Source: an uncultured Rickettsiales bacterium
GTDB lineage: Bacteria > Pseudomonadota > Alphaproteobacteria > Rickettsiales > UBA1997
Length of the DNA stretch: 64,000 nucleotides
Assembly (NCBI GenBank): GCA_944392135.1
Contig: CALXVQ010000003.1
Coordinates: 8,075 to 72,074, forward strand
Direction: 5' to 3'
The notes under the pieces were generated by a model. That model was not told where the DNA came from. It did not search any database and saw nothing but the letters and a program-made list of their open reading frames with translations. How positions within the stretch are numbered: the stretch's first letter is position 1; each line of letters starts with the position of its first letter. Positions 1-8,124 of this stretch are shown here, in pieces. A program made the position numbers and the translations under genes.

Positions 1-2
1 TT

Positions 3-404
3 GCAGATAATGCTATACATGTTTCTATCAAAGAGGGCTTAGACAAGAAAGATGTTAATAATTTCTACGGTTTACATAGAAATAATATAGCAAATATTGT
101 CAAAGGTTTAATTGAACATTTTAAAATTGTTTTGGAAATTAATGGTGTTGGTTTTAAGGCAGCTGTGGTTAAAAATATGTTAATTTTAACATTAGGTTAT
201 AGCCATGATATAGCTTTTGCTTTGCCAAAAGAAGTTAGTGCTAAGGTTGAAGGTAACCAAATAGCTTTAGAATCAGATGATAAACAACTTGTTGGACAAG
301 TTGCTGCTGAAATTATAGCTTTAAGAAAACCAGAACCATATAAAGGTAAAGGTGTTAAGATTTTAGATAAACCTATTTTAAGAAAAGAAGGTAAGAAAAA
401 ATAA
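3..404 (+). CDS. rplF: 50S ribosomal protein L6 (N-terminus lies upstream of the window)
   Basis: The frame is open from nt 3 into tracked ORF 132..404. The translation ...FYGLHRNNIANIVKGLIEHFKIVLEINGVGFKA...RKPEPYKGKGVK is the conserved L6 C-terminal half. The canonical L6-L18-S5-L30-L15-SecY order follows. Confidence 0.9.
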   Translation, partial: ADNAIHVSIKEGLDKKDVNNFYGLHRNNIANIVKGLIEHFKIVLEINGVGFKAAVVKNMLILTLGYSHDIAFALPKEVSAKVEGNQIALESDDKQLVGQVAAEIIALRKPEPYKGKGVKILDKPILRKEGKKK

Positions 405-419
405 TTAAAGGGAATAAAT

Positions 420-779
420 ATGACTTGTTATAAAGGTGCTGAAAAAAGAAAAGTTAGAACTACTTTACAAGTAAAGAAAAACAATAAAAGCAAAAGAGAT
501 ATTCTTGTTGTTTTTAGAAGCAATAAAAATATCAGTGCACAAATTATTGGGTTAGACGGTAATGTTTTAGTTTCCGCTACTTCTAGTTCTAAAACAATGA
601 AAGATTCCTTAAAAGGAAAAAGTGGAATTGAAATTGGATCTTGTGTTGGAGCAGAAATTGCAAAAAAAGCAGCTGAAAAAGGAATTAAAGAAGTTGTTTT
701 TAATAAAGGTCCTTATATGTATACTGGCAGAGTAAAAGCTTTGGCTGATGCTGCTAGAGAGAATGGTTTAATTTTTTAA
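420..779 (+). CDS. rplR: 50S ribosomal protein L18
   Basis: 119 aa. LVVFRSNKNISAQIIG...GPYMYTGRVKALADAARENGLIF is an L18-type pattern. It sits between L6 and S5. Confidence 0.92.
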   Translation: MTCYKGAEKRKVRTTLQVKKNNKSKRDILVVFRSNKNISAQIIGLDGNVLVSATSSSKTMKDSLKGKSGIEIGSCVGAEIAKKAAEKGIKEVVFNKGPYMYTGRVKALADAARENGLIF

Positions 780-795
780 TAAATGAGTAGTTCAA

Positions 796-1347
796 ATGTT
801 AAATAAAGAAAAAGATAGTTCATTAGTTGAAAAACTTATTGCAGTTAATAAAACAACAAAGGTTGTACAAGGTGGTAAAAATTTATCATTTACAGTTTTA
901 GTTGTTGTTGGAGATAAAAAAGGTAAAGTTAATTTTGGAATTGGTAAAGCTAGAGAAGTTGCTGATGCAAGAACAAAGGCTTTTACTAATGCTAAAAAAA
1001 CATTAATTAAAGTACCTTTAAAAGAAGGAAGAACAGTTCATCACGATATTGAAAGCAATTATGGTGCTTGTAAAGTTATTATTAGAACTGCTCCATCTGG
1101 TACAGGTATTATTTCTGGTGGTATTATGAGAAGTATTTTTGAGGCTCTTGGTATTAAAGATGTTGTTGCTAAATCTGTTGGAAGCAATAACCCATACAAT
1201 GTTGTTAGAGCTACATTTAATGCTTTACAAAGTATCAATTCTCCAAAGAGTGTTGCTGACAGAAGAGGAAAAAATATTAATGAAATCATTAAGAGAAGAA
1301 ATTCACTTTTAAATTTTAATGCTAATAATGATGAAGAGGGTAAATAA
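796..1347 (+). CDS. rpsE: 30S ribosomal protein S5
   Basis: 183 aa with the S5 motifs VNKTTKVVQGGKNLSFTVLVVVGDKKGKVNFGIGKAREV and IIRTAPSGTGIISGG. Confidence 0.95.
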   Translation: MLNKEKDSSLVEKLIAVNKTTKVVQGGKNLSFTVLVVVGDKKGKVNFGIGKAREVADARTKAFTNAKKTLIKVPLKEGRTVHHDIESNYGACKVIIRTAPSGTGIISGGIMRSIFEALGIKDVVAKSVGSNNPYNVVRATFNALQSINSPKSVADRRGKNINEIIKRRNSLLNFNANNDEEGK

Positions 1348-1348
1348 T

Positions 1349-1555
1349 ATGTTATTAAAATTCGAAGAATTAGATGGCAAAACAATATTAGTTAGTCAAG
1401 TTAAGAGTGAACTTGGTTATGCCGAAGATCAAAAGCAGACTTTAAAAGCATTAGGTTTAAAAGGAGTTAATACAACTTCTGAATTAAAATGCACAAAATC
1501 TGTTTATGGTATGTTAAATAAAGTAAAACATTTAATAGATATTAAAATCAAATAG
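1349..1555 (+). CDS. rpmD: 50S ribosomal protein L30
   Basis: Tracked ORF 1319..1555 overlaps rpsE. The ATG at 1349, immediately after the rpsE stop, gives a 68-aa protein [39 protein letters not shown]... of L30 size and pattern, in the L30 slot of the operon. Confidence 0.8.
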   Translation: MLLKFEELDGKTILVSQVKSELGYAEDQKQTLKALGLKGVNTTSELKCTKSVYGMLNKVKHLIDIKIK

Positions 1556-1563
1556 GAGAAAAA

Positions 1564-1980
1564 ATGAAATTAAATGAAGTAGTATCTGTTGCTAATAAAG
1601 ATAAAAAAATATTAGGTAGAGGTATTGGTTCTGGAAGAGGTAAGACATCCGGTAGAGGACATAAAGGACAAAAGGCTAGAACAAGTGGTGGTGTTAAAGG
1701 TTTTGAAGGTGGTCAAACACCTATTTACAGAAGATTACCTAAACATGGTTTTAAACACCATGTTGATAATAAAGTAATTGCTTTAACAACAGATTATATT
1801 GTTAGTCTTATTGAATCCAAAAAATTAGGAACAGAAATTTCCAAGAAAGATTTAATTGATAATGGTATCATTTCTGCTAATGATATTGTTAAGTTAATTG
1901 CTGGAAAGAAAGAAAATAATGCTAATTTTAAAATTGAAGTTGATAAAGCTTCTGAATCAGTTAAAAAATATGTAAAGTAA
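1564..1980 (+). CDS. rplO: 50S ribosomal protein L15
   Basis: 138 aa. The Gly/Arg-rich motif [26 protein letters not shown] is diagnostic of L15. Confidence 0.92.
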   Translation: MKLNEVVSVANKDKKILGRGIGSGRGKTSGRGHKGQKARTSGGVKGFEGGQTPIYRRLPKHGFKHHVDNKVIALTTDYIVSLIESKKLGTEISKKDLIDNGIISANDIVKLIAGKKENNANFKIEVDKASESVKKYVK

Positions 1981-1981
1981 T

Positions 1982-3250
1982 ATGACAACAGAATTAAAAA
2001 ATAAAATTTTTTATACAATATTTTTATTATTTCTGTATAGGGTAGGTACTTTTATATTCATACCTGGTATTAATGGTGATGTTATTACTGAATTCTTTAA
2101 TAGCGATACCGGTTCTATATTTAATTTATTGAATATGTTTTCCGGTGGTGCATTTGCCAGGATGAGTATTTTTGCTTTAAATATAATGCCATATATTACA
2201 GCATCTATCATTATTCAATTACTGAGTTCTGCATATAAAGGACTTGAAGAATTGAAAAAAGAAGGTGAATATGGCAGAAGAAAATTGAATCAATATACTA
2301 AATATCTTACATTAATATTAGCAATTTTCCAAGCTTTGGGTATATATTATGCTTTTTCAAATCTTGAACAATCAGCATTTATTAGTAATTCATCAATGTT
2401 TTTATGGACTACTGTATTTACATTGGTTGCTGGTACAATGATATTAATGTGGGTAGGCGATAAAATCACAAAAAATGGTATTGGTAATGGTATTTCATTA
2501 TTGATTTTTGTTGGTATTATTGCGGAACTTCCTTCAAGTTTTATTCAAATGTTTGATTTATCTAAAAGGGGAGCATTTTCATTCTTATTCTTACTTTTAG
2601 TTTTATCAATATTTATAGGACTTGTATTATTTATAATATTTATGGAAAAAGGAAGTAGACAAATTAAAATACAATATCCTAATAGAGGAATGATGAGATC
2701 AAATGGTATAAAAGATGATAATTCATATATTCCTATTAAATTGAATATGTCAGGGGTAATTCCTCCAATTTTTGCAAGTTCTGTTTTAATGTTCCCATTT
2801 GCTATTTCAAAAATGTTTGATGGTGAAATTGGACAAATGATTTCTGCAATGATTGCTAGGGGAAATTTACTTTATGTTATTTTATTTTCATTATTAATAA
2901 TTTTCTTTTGTTATTTTTATTCATCAGTTGTATTTAATACAGAAGATGTAGCTAACAATTTAAAAAAGAGTAATTGCTTTATTTCTGGTATTAGACCTGG
3001 TAATGCTACAAAAGATTATTTGAATTATGTTATAAATAGAATAACATTTATTGGTGCTTTATATTTATGTATTGTATGTTTGTTGCCAGAGATACTTGTT
3101 ACAAAGTACAGTCTTCCTATTAGTATAGGTGGTACAGGATTATTAATTATTATTAATGTTGTAATAGATTTAATTGGTCAAATTCAATCATATTTATACA
3201 GCAATAAATATAATACTATTAATAAACAAAGAAGAATTAGGGTAAGATGA
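1982..3250 (+). CDS. secY: Preprotein translocase subunit SecY
   Basis: 422-aa polytopic membrane protein in the L15-SecY-Adk position, with a basic C-terminal tail. Confidence 0.95.
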   Translation: MTTELKNKIFYTIFLLFLYRVGTFIFIPGINGDVITEFFNSDTGSIFNLLNMFSGGAFARMSIFALNIMPYITASIIIQLLSSAYKGLEELKKEGEYGRRKLNQYTKYLTLILAIFQALGIYYAFSNLEQSAFISNSSMFLWTTVFTLVAGTMILMWVGDKITKNGIGNGISLLIFVGIIAELPSSFIQMFDLSKRGAFSFLFLLLVLSIFIGLVLFIIFMEKGSRQIKIQYPNRGMMRSNGIKDDNSYIPIKLNMSGVIPPIFASSVLMFPFAISKMFDGEIGQMISAMIARGNLLYVILFSLLIIFFCYFYSSVVFNTEDVANNLKKSNCFISGIRPGNATKDYLNYVINRITFIGALYLCIVCLLPEILVTKYSLPISIGGTGLLIIINVVIDLIGQIQSYLYSNKYNTINKQRRIRVR

Positions 3251-3906
3251 TGAAAAATATAATAATATTTTTAGGTTTGCCAGCATCGGGTAAAGGAACC
3301 CAAGCTTCTTTGCTAAAAGAAAAATTAAAATATGAGAATTTATCCACAGGCTATTTATTAAGAAAAGAAGTTGAGAAAAAAACTGAATTAGGCAATAAGA
3401 TTGCAGAAGTAATTGATGCTGGTAATTTAGTTTCTGATGAACTTATTTTTGAAATTCTTATTAATAGTATGAAGGATATAAAAAGTAATGGCTTTATCTT
3501 GGATGGTTTTCCTAGAACTTTAAAGCAAGCTGAAATGTTGTCTAATTATTTAGATAATAATAAAGAATTAAGATTGCAGAAAGTTTTTTTAATAAATATA
3601 GATGATAAAGTTGTTATAGAAAGAATTTGTGATAGAATTAGTTGCAACAAATGTGGTGCTACTTATAATCATACTTCAAAAAAACCAAAGGTTGATGGAG
3701 TTTGTGATGTTTGCGGTTCTACTGAGTTGGTTGATAGAAGTGATGATCTTGATGCAGAGGCTGTTAAAAAGAGAATTAATATCTTTAAGGAAAACATAAA
3801 AGATATCACTTCTTTTTATGAAAAAAAAAGCTTGATTTTTTCGTTGGATGGTTTAAAAGATATAGATACTATAAACCTTACAATAATGGAAGCTTTAAAT
3901 GATTAA
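3247..3906 (+). CDS. adk: Adenylate kinase (zinc-knuckle LID type)
   Basis: P-loop GLPASGKGTQ. The LID has CNKCGATY...CDVCGS (CxxC...CxxC). The ATGA overlap with the secY stop is present. Confidence 0.95.
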   Translation: MMKNIIIFLGLPASGKGTQASLLKEKLKYENLSTGYLLRKEVEKKTELGNKIAEVIDAGNLVSDELIFEILINSMKDIKSNGFILDGFPRTLKQAEMLSNYLDNNKELRLQKVFLINIDDKVVIERICDRISCNKCGATYNHTSKKPKVDGVCDVCGSTELVDRSDDLDAEAVKKRINIFKENIKDITSFYEKKSLIFSLDGLKDIDTINLTIMEALND

Positions 3907-3927
3907 TAACATGAAAGAGGTAATAAA

Positions 3928-4347
3928 TTGGCTAGAATAGCAGGTGTAAATATACCAACAAATAAAAGATTTGTTATTGCCTTGACTTATATTTATGGTA
4001 TAGGAAGGTCAAGAGCTGAAAAGATATGTAAAGATTTAAATATAAATACTTTATTAAGAACTCCTGAAATTGATGAAAAAACTTTGAAAAAAGTTAGAGA
4101 TTACATCACAGCACAAGGTGAAAAAGATGCTGAATCTGATGGCTCCGAAGTTTTATTAATTGAAGGTGATTTAAGAAGAAAAGTTCAAACCTCTATTAAA
4201 AGATTAATAGATTTAGGTTGTTATAGAGGTATTAGACATGTTAAAAAATTACCAGTTAGAGGACAAAGAACTCATACAAATGCTAGAACAAAAAGAGGAA
4301 AGGCTGTTGCTATAGCTGGTAAGAAAATTGCTACTGCTAAGAAATAA
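3928..4347 (+). CDS. rpsM: 30S ribosomal protein S13
   Basis: TTG start. Contains [10 protein letters not shown]... and [26 protein letters not shown]. Confidence 0.95.
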   Translation: MARIAGVNIPTNKRFVIALTYIYGIGRSRAEKICKDLNINTLLRTPEIDEKTLKKVRDYITAQGEKDAESDGSEVLLIEGDLRRKVQTSIKRLIDLGCYRGIRHVKKLPVRGQRTHTNARTKRGKAVAIAGKKIATAKK

Positions 4348-4358
4348 TAGGTAAGAAA

Positions 4359-4763
4359 ATGGTTATGAAAAAAAATGTAAGTAATAAAAAAGTTGCAACT
4401 AGTAAAAAGAAAAGAAATATATTGATGGGTATAATTTCAATACAAGCTACTTTTAATAATACCATTATTTCAGTGTCCGATTTACAAGGTAATGTTATTT
4501 CTTGGTCTTCGGCTGGAAAAATGGGCTTTAAGGGTTCAAAAAAATCAACTCCTTATGCTGCACAAGTAGCTACAACTGATGCTGTTGAAAAAGCAAAAGA
4601 ATATGGTTTACAAACAGCTAAGGTTAATTTATTTGGTCCTGGTGTTGGAAGGGAAGCTTCATTAAGAGTATTACAAGGAAGTAATATCGTTGTTACAGGT
4701 ATAGAAGATAAAACTTATCATCCACACAATGGTTGCAGACCACCAAAGAGAAGAAGACAGTAA
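4359..4763 (+). CDS. rpsK: 30S ribosomal protein S11
   Basis: ATFNNTIISVSDLQGNVISWSSAGKMGFKGSKKSTPYAAQ and the C-terminal PHNGCRPPKRRR. Confidence 0.95.
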   Translation: MVMKKNVSNKKVATSKKKRNILMGIISIQATFNNTIISVSDLQGNVISWSSAGKMGFKGSKKSTPYAAQVATTDAVEKAKEYGLQTAKVNLFGPGVGREASLRVLQGSNIVVTGIEDKTYHPHNGCRPPKRRRQ

Positions 4764-4802
4764 TTTTATTTGTTTATTATTAAAATATAGAAGTAGAAGA
4801 AT

Positions 4803-5813
4803 ATGGCTATTTTACAGGAAAATTGGAAAGATTTAATTAAGAGCTCCAATGTTGAAATATTGAAAAAAGATGATAAAGAAGCTACATTTATTGTAGAACC
4901 TCTTGAACAAGGTTATGGTATAACACTTGGAAATGCTTTAAGAAGAATTTTACTCACATCTATTAGAGGTTTTGCTGTTACATCTGTTAAAATTGATGGA
5001 GTATTCCACGAATATGATTCAATTAGTGGAATTAGAGAAGATGTTTATGATATAATAATGAATATCAAATCATTATTATTTACAAAGGAAAATTCTTCTC
5101 CATCTAAATTATTTGTAAAATCAAATAAAAAAGGACAGGTATTAGCAGGTGATATTAAAATTGAAAATGGTGGTGAAATATTAAATAAAGATTTAGTTAT
5201 TTGTAATATTGAAAAAGATGGTGTAGAATTCAATATGGAAATGACTGTTGAATATGGTGTTGGTTATGCTCCTGCTGTTTTCCACGACGAAAAGAAAGCA
5301 TTAGGTACAATTTATGTAGATGCCGTATTCAGTCCAGTTAAAAGGGTTATTTATAAGGTTAGCAATGCCAGAGTTGGACAAAAAGTTGACTATGATAAAT
5401 TATCTTTAACAGTTGAAACAAATGGTACATTAGATCCTGCTGATGCTGTTGCTTTAGCTGCTAAAATTTTACAAACTCAACTTAATATCTTTATAAATTT
5501 TGATTTTGTTGAAGAAGAAACAACAGAACATACAGATGCTAAGAATGAAATAAATCCAGCATTCTTAAAGAAGATTGATGAAATGGAACTTTCTGTTAGA
5601 TCATATAACTGCTTAAAAATGGAAAACATTAATTTAATTGGTGATTTAGTACAAAAAACTGAAACAGAAATGTTAAAGTTGCCAAACTTTGGTAGAAAAT
5701 CACTTAATGAATTAAAAGATAATTTAAAAGCTATGGGGCTAAGTTTCGGTATGCAAATAGATAATTGGCCACCAGTTGATGCTAAGGAAAATTCAAAAAA
5801 GAAAAAAAAGTAA
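4803..5813 (+). CDS. rpoA: DNA-directed RNA polymerase alpha subunit
   Basis: 336 aa. The N-terminal domain has GYGITLGNALRRILL and the C-terminal domain has ELSVRSYNCLKMENINLIGDLV. Confidence 0.95.
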   Translation: MAILQENWKDLIKSSNVEILKKDDKEATFIVEPLEQGYGITLGNALRRILLTSIRGFAVTSVKIDGVFHEYDSISGIREDVYDIIMNIKSLLFTKENSSPSKLFVKSNKKGQVLAGDIKIENGGEILNKDLVICNIEKDGVEFNMEMTVEYGVGYAPAVFHDEKKALGTIYVDAVFSPVKRVIYKVSNARVGQKVDYDKLSLTVETNGTLDPADAVALAAKILQTQLNIFINFDFVEEETTEHTDAKNEINPAFLKKIDEMELSVRSYNCLKMENINLIGDLVQKTETEMLKLPNFGRKSLNELKDNLKAMGLSFGMQIDNWPPVDAKENSKKKKK

Positions 5814-5836
5814 TATAAATAAAGGGGATTTTGAAA

Positions 5837-6223
5837 ATGAGACATGGAATGAGTGGAAGAAAATTGAATAGAACAAGTTCACATAGAAAAGCTTTACTTA
5901 TGAACTTGGCTAATTCATTAATAAAACATGAACAAATTAAAACAACTTTGCCTAAGGCAAAAGAGCTTAGACCATATGTTGAAAAACTTATTACTCTTGG
6001 TAAAAAGGGTCAATTAAACAACAAAAGACAAGCTATTTCTATATTACATGATTTAGAGGTTGTTAATAAATTGTTTTCTGATATAGCAAAAAGATATGAA
6101 AACAGAAATGGTGGCTATATTAGAATTATGAAATATGGTTTTAGAACTGGTGATGCTGCTCCTATGGCAATTATTGAATTAGTTGACAGAGTAGATATTA
6201 TTAGTGAAGAAAATAATAAATAA
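5837..6223 (+). CDS. rplQ: 50S ribosomal protein L17
   Basis: The tracked ORF starts at TTG 5831. The ATG at 5837, 8 nt after AAAGGGGA, gives [21 protein letters not shown]..., the standard L17 N-terminus. Confidence 0.9.
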   Translation: MRHGMSGRKLNRTSSHRKALLMNLANSLIKHEQIKTTLPKAKELRPYVEKLITLGKKGQLNNKRQAISILHDLEVVNKLFSDIAKRYENRNGGYIRIMKYGFRTGDAAPMAIIELVDRVDIISEENNK

Positions 6224-6237
6224 TAGCAGGTATTAAG

Positions 6238-6642
6238 ATGACAAATTTATTAGAAAAATTTAATAAAGCTAAAACCGATGAAACATCAAAAAATAAGAAA
6301 AAATATACAGAGTTTGATGTCGGTGATACAATTATAGTAGCTTACAGAATTACAGAAGGAAACAACACCAGGGTACAAAACTTTGAAGGTATTGTTATTG
6401 CTAAAAACAAAGACATTAACAACTACGATGCAAGCTTTGTTGTTAGAAAAATTAGCCATGAAGTTGGTGTTGAAAGAAAATTTATGTTTCATTCTCCTTT
6501 GGTTGAAGAAATTACATTTGTTAGAAAAGGTACTGTAAAAAGAGCTAAACTTTATTTCTTAAGAAATTTAAGAGGCAAGGCTGCTAGAATTAAGGAAGAC
6601 ATTAAATTTAGAAAAAAGAATTCAGAACAAACAGCTGAATAA
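6238..6642 (+). CDS. rplS: 50S ribosomal protein L19
   Basis: 134 aa with the L19 pattern FDVGDTIIVAYRITEGNNTRVQNFEGIVIAKNK...ERKFMFHSPLVEEI. Confidence 0.9.
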   Translation: MTNLLEKFNKAKTDETSKNKKKYTEFDVGDTIIVAYRITEGNNTRVQNFEGIVIAKNKDINNYDASFVVRKISHEVGVERKFMFHSPLVEEITFVRKGTVKRAKLYFLRNLRGKAARIKEDIKFRKKNSEQTAE

Positions 6643-6667
6643 TTTTATTCTATTTATAGAAAATTGA

Positions 6668-6692
6668 AGTTCCATTATAAATGGAACTTTTT
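6668..6692 (+). terminator. Rho-independent terminator after rplS
   Basis: AGTTCCAT-TATAA-ATGGAACT (8-bp stem) followed by TTTTT. Confidence 0.6.
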
Positions 6693-6979
6693 ACTATTTA
6701 AAAATATCATGAAATTAATAAATAATTTATAAAATTATAAAATAATAAATTTATTATTATTTATAGTATTATTGTTTAAATAAACACACACATGTATAAA
6801 GTAAATTTGTGTTTATATTAATTAGTTATTATAACAAGATAATACAATATTTGTTTATATGAATATAGTGTTTATAAATTGTTTTGATAAAAATACAGAG
6901 AATAAGTTACTTTTCAATTTAATAAATAATTGATAAATACATAGCTATAAATGATTATAATGTATTAACTTATAGACAA

Positions 6980-7720
6980 TTATTCAATACCATAATAAAA
7001 ACGATTACATACATTATTTGAATATATATAATTACAACCAGATCTAAAATTGCCAGAGTTCCATATATTATCATCTAACTTTTGATCAAGTCTTTGAAAA
7101 ATCTTATTTTTTATATTTGGATTTTCTTTTTTAAAGAATGTTAGCCAAGTTTTTTCTTTCATTAAATATTTTGGAGATGTTGGACTAGTTTCATATATTC
7201 CCTTTTCATAATAATAAACATAATCAGGAAAAGCTTTTGAATATGGACAACCACCATTAAGTTCTGATAACATTGCAGTGCTAGGTATCTTTTTTTTAGG
7301 TTCAAAATCAATAATTTTATTTAAATATAAATCAACAAATGGACCAGTACGAGCAGTTGGTAGACCATAATCTTGATTACCAGAAACATATGGTGTACCA
7401 AAATTGTTATTATTATAACTTTGATTACTTAAATAGCCAATAAAACCAGAGCCAACAAAATCTCCTGGTAATCTATCTTTCATTGATTTAAAAGTATATA
7501 AAGCTTGTTTATAAGTTGTAAGTTCGTTAATTACAGACTGAATTTTTGCACTCTCAATCAAACTAGTCCCACCAGTAATACCAGCAATTAAAAGCCCAAT
7601 AATAATTAATACTATTGATAACTCAATAAGTGAAAATGCAAAGATATTATTTTCCTTTTTGTATTTATAAAATATTGTTAATAATTTATTAATAAAATTT
7701 TTACTTTTATATTTATCCAT
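6980..7720 (-). CDS. Type IV pilin / type II secretion pseudopilin-like protein (prepilin-type N-terminal domain)
   Basis: A basic leader of ~27 aa is followed by FAFSLIELSIVLIIIGLLIAGI. This is the prepilin cleavage/methylation helix with the conserved Glu at position +5. No partner pil/gsp genes lie nearby. Confidence 0.6.
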   Translation of the reverse strand: MDKYKSKNFINKLLTIFYKYKKENNIFAFSLIELSIVLIIIGLLIAGITGGTSLIESAKIQSVINELTTYKQALYTFKSMKDRLPGDFVGSGFIGYLSNQSYNNNNFGTPYVSGNQDYGLPTARTGPFVDLYLNKIIDFEPKKKIPSTAMLSELNGGCPYSKAFPDYVYYYEKGIYETSPTSPKYLMKEKTWLTFFKKENPNIKNKIFQRLDQKLDDNIWNSGNFRSGCNYIYSNNVCNRFYYGIE

Positions 7721-7876
7721 AAAAAATTATGTATTATTCGTAGTATTTGCTACTAATTTATTAATTATCATTATTAAAATCAATAAATATTATATATTTT
7801 ATAATTATTACTCTCACTAACTATGATTCAATAAATTTAATTTTTTAATATTTTATAATGATTTTAATTGCAATAG

Positions 7877-8013
7877 TAAAAATAAAAGGTGAAGCAAAAC
7901 TTCACCTAAAAATACTATAATAAAAATAGTAGCCCAAAAGTTAGATAAAGGATGGGCGACCTTACGAATCTCTTCTTATTATAGCAAGCTGTTTTAATTT
8001 CCTATGTTAAAAC
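7877..8013 (-). ncRNA. tracrRNA: tracrRNA (predicted)
   Basis: Minus strand 8013->7979 reads GTTTTAACATAGGAAATTAAAACAGCTTGCTATAA. By hand it pairs with nt 2-36 of the crRNA-sense repeat: 29 Watson-Crick pairs, 2 G:U pairs and 4 mismatches in two internal bulges. It is followed by a tail with hairpins and ends at AGGTGAAG-TTTTG-CTTCACCT plus TTTTATTTTT (7907->7877). The ends are inferred, not mapped. Confidence 0.75.
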
Positions 8014-8019
8014 AATAAG

Positions 8020-8049
8020 ATTATAAAAATATAAATTTCTTAAAGTCAA
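8020..8049 (-). promoter_or_regulatory. Sigma-70-type promoter of the tracrRNA
   Basis: On the minus strand: TTGACT (8049-8044), N18, TATAAT (8025-8020), then 6 nt to the first G of the anti-repeat. Confidence 0.55.
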
Positions 8050-8124
8050 GTCTTTTCAATAAACATATTGCAATTTTTAATAATCTTTTTTATATATAGT
8101 ATATCAATAATATATATAAAACAT

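Noticed and set aside
8068-8124. N-terminal extension of cas9 from the tracked TTG start (MQFLIIFFIYSISIIYIKH).
   Set aside because: The extension is hydrophobic, AT-driven sequence with no ribosome-binding site. The universally N-terminal RuvC-I motif begins 5 residues after ATG 8125. The extension would also run into the tracrRNA promoter region.
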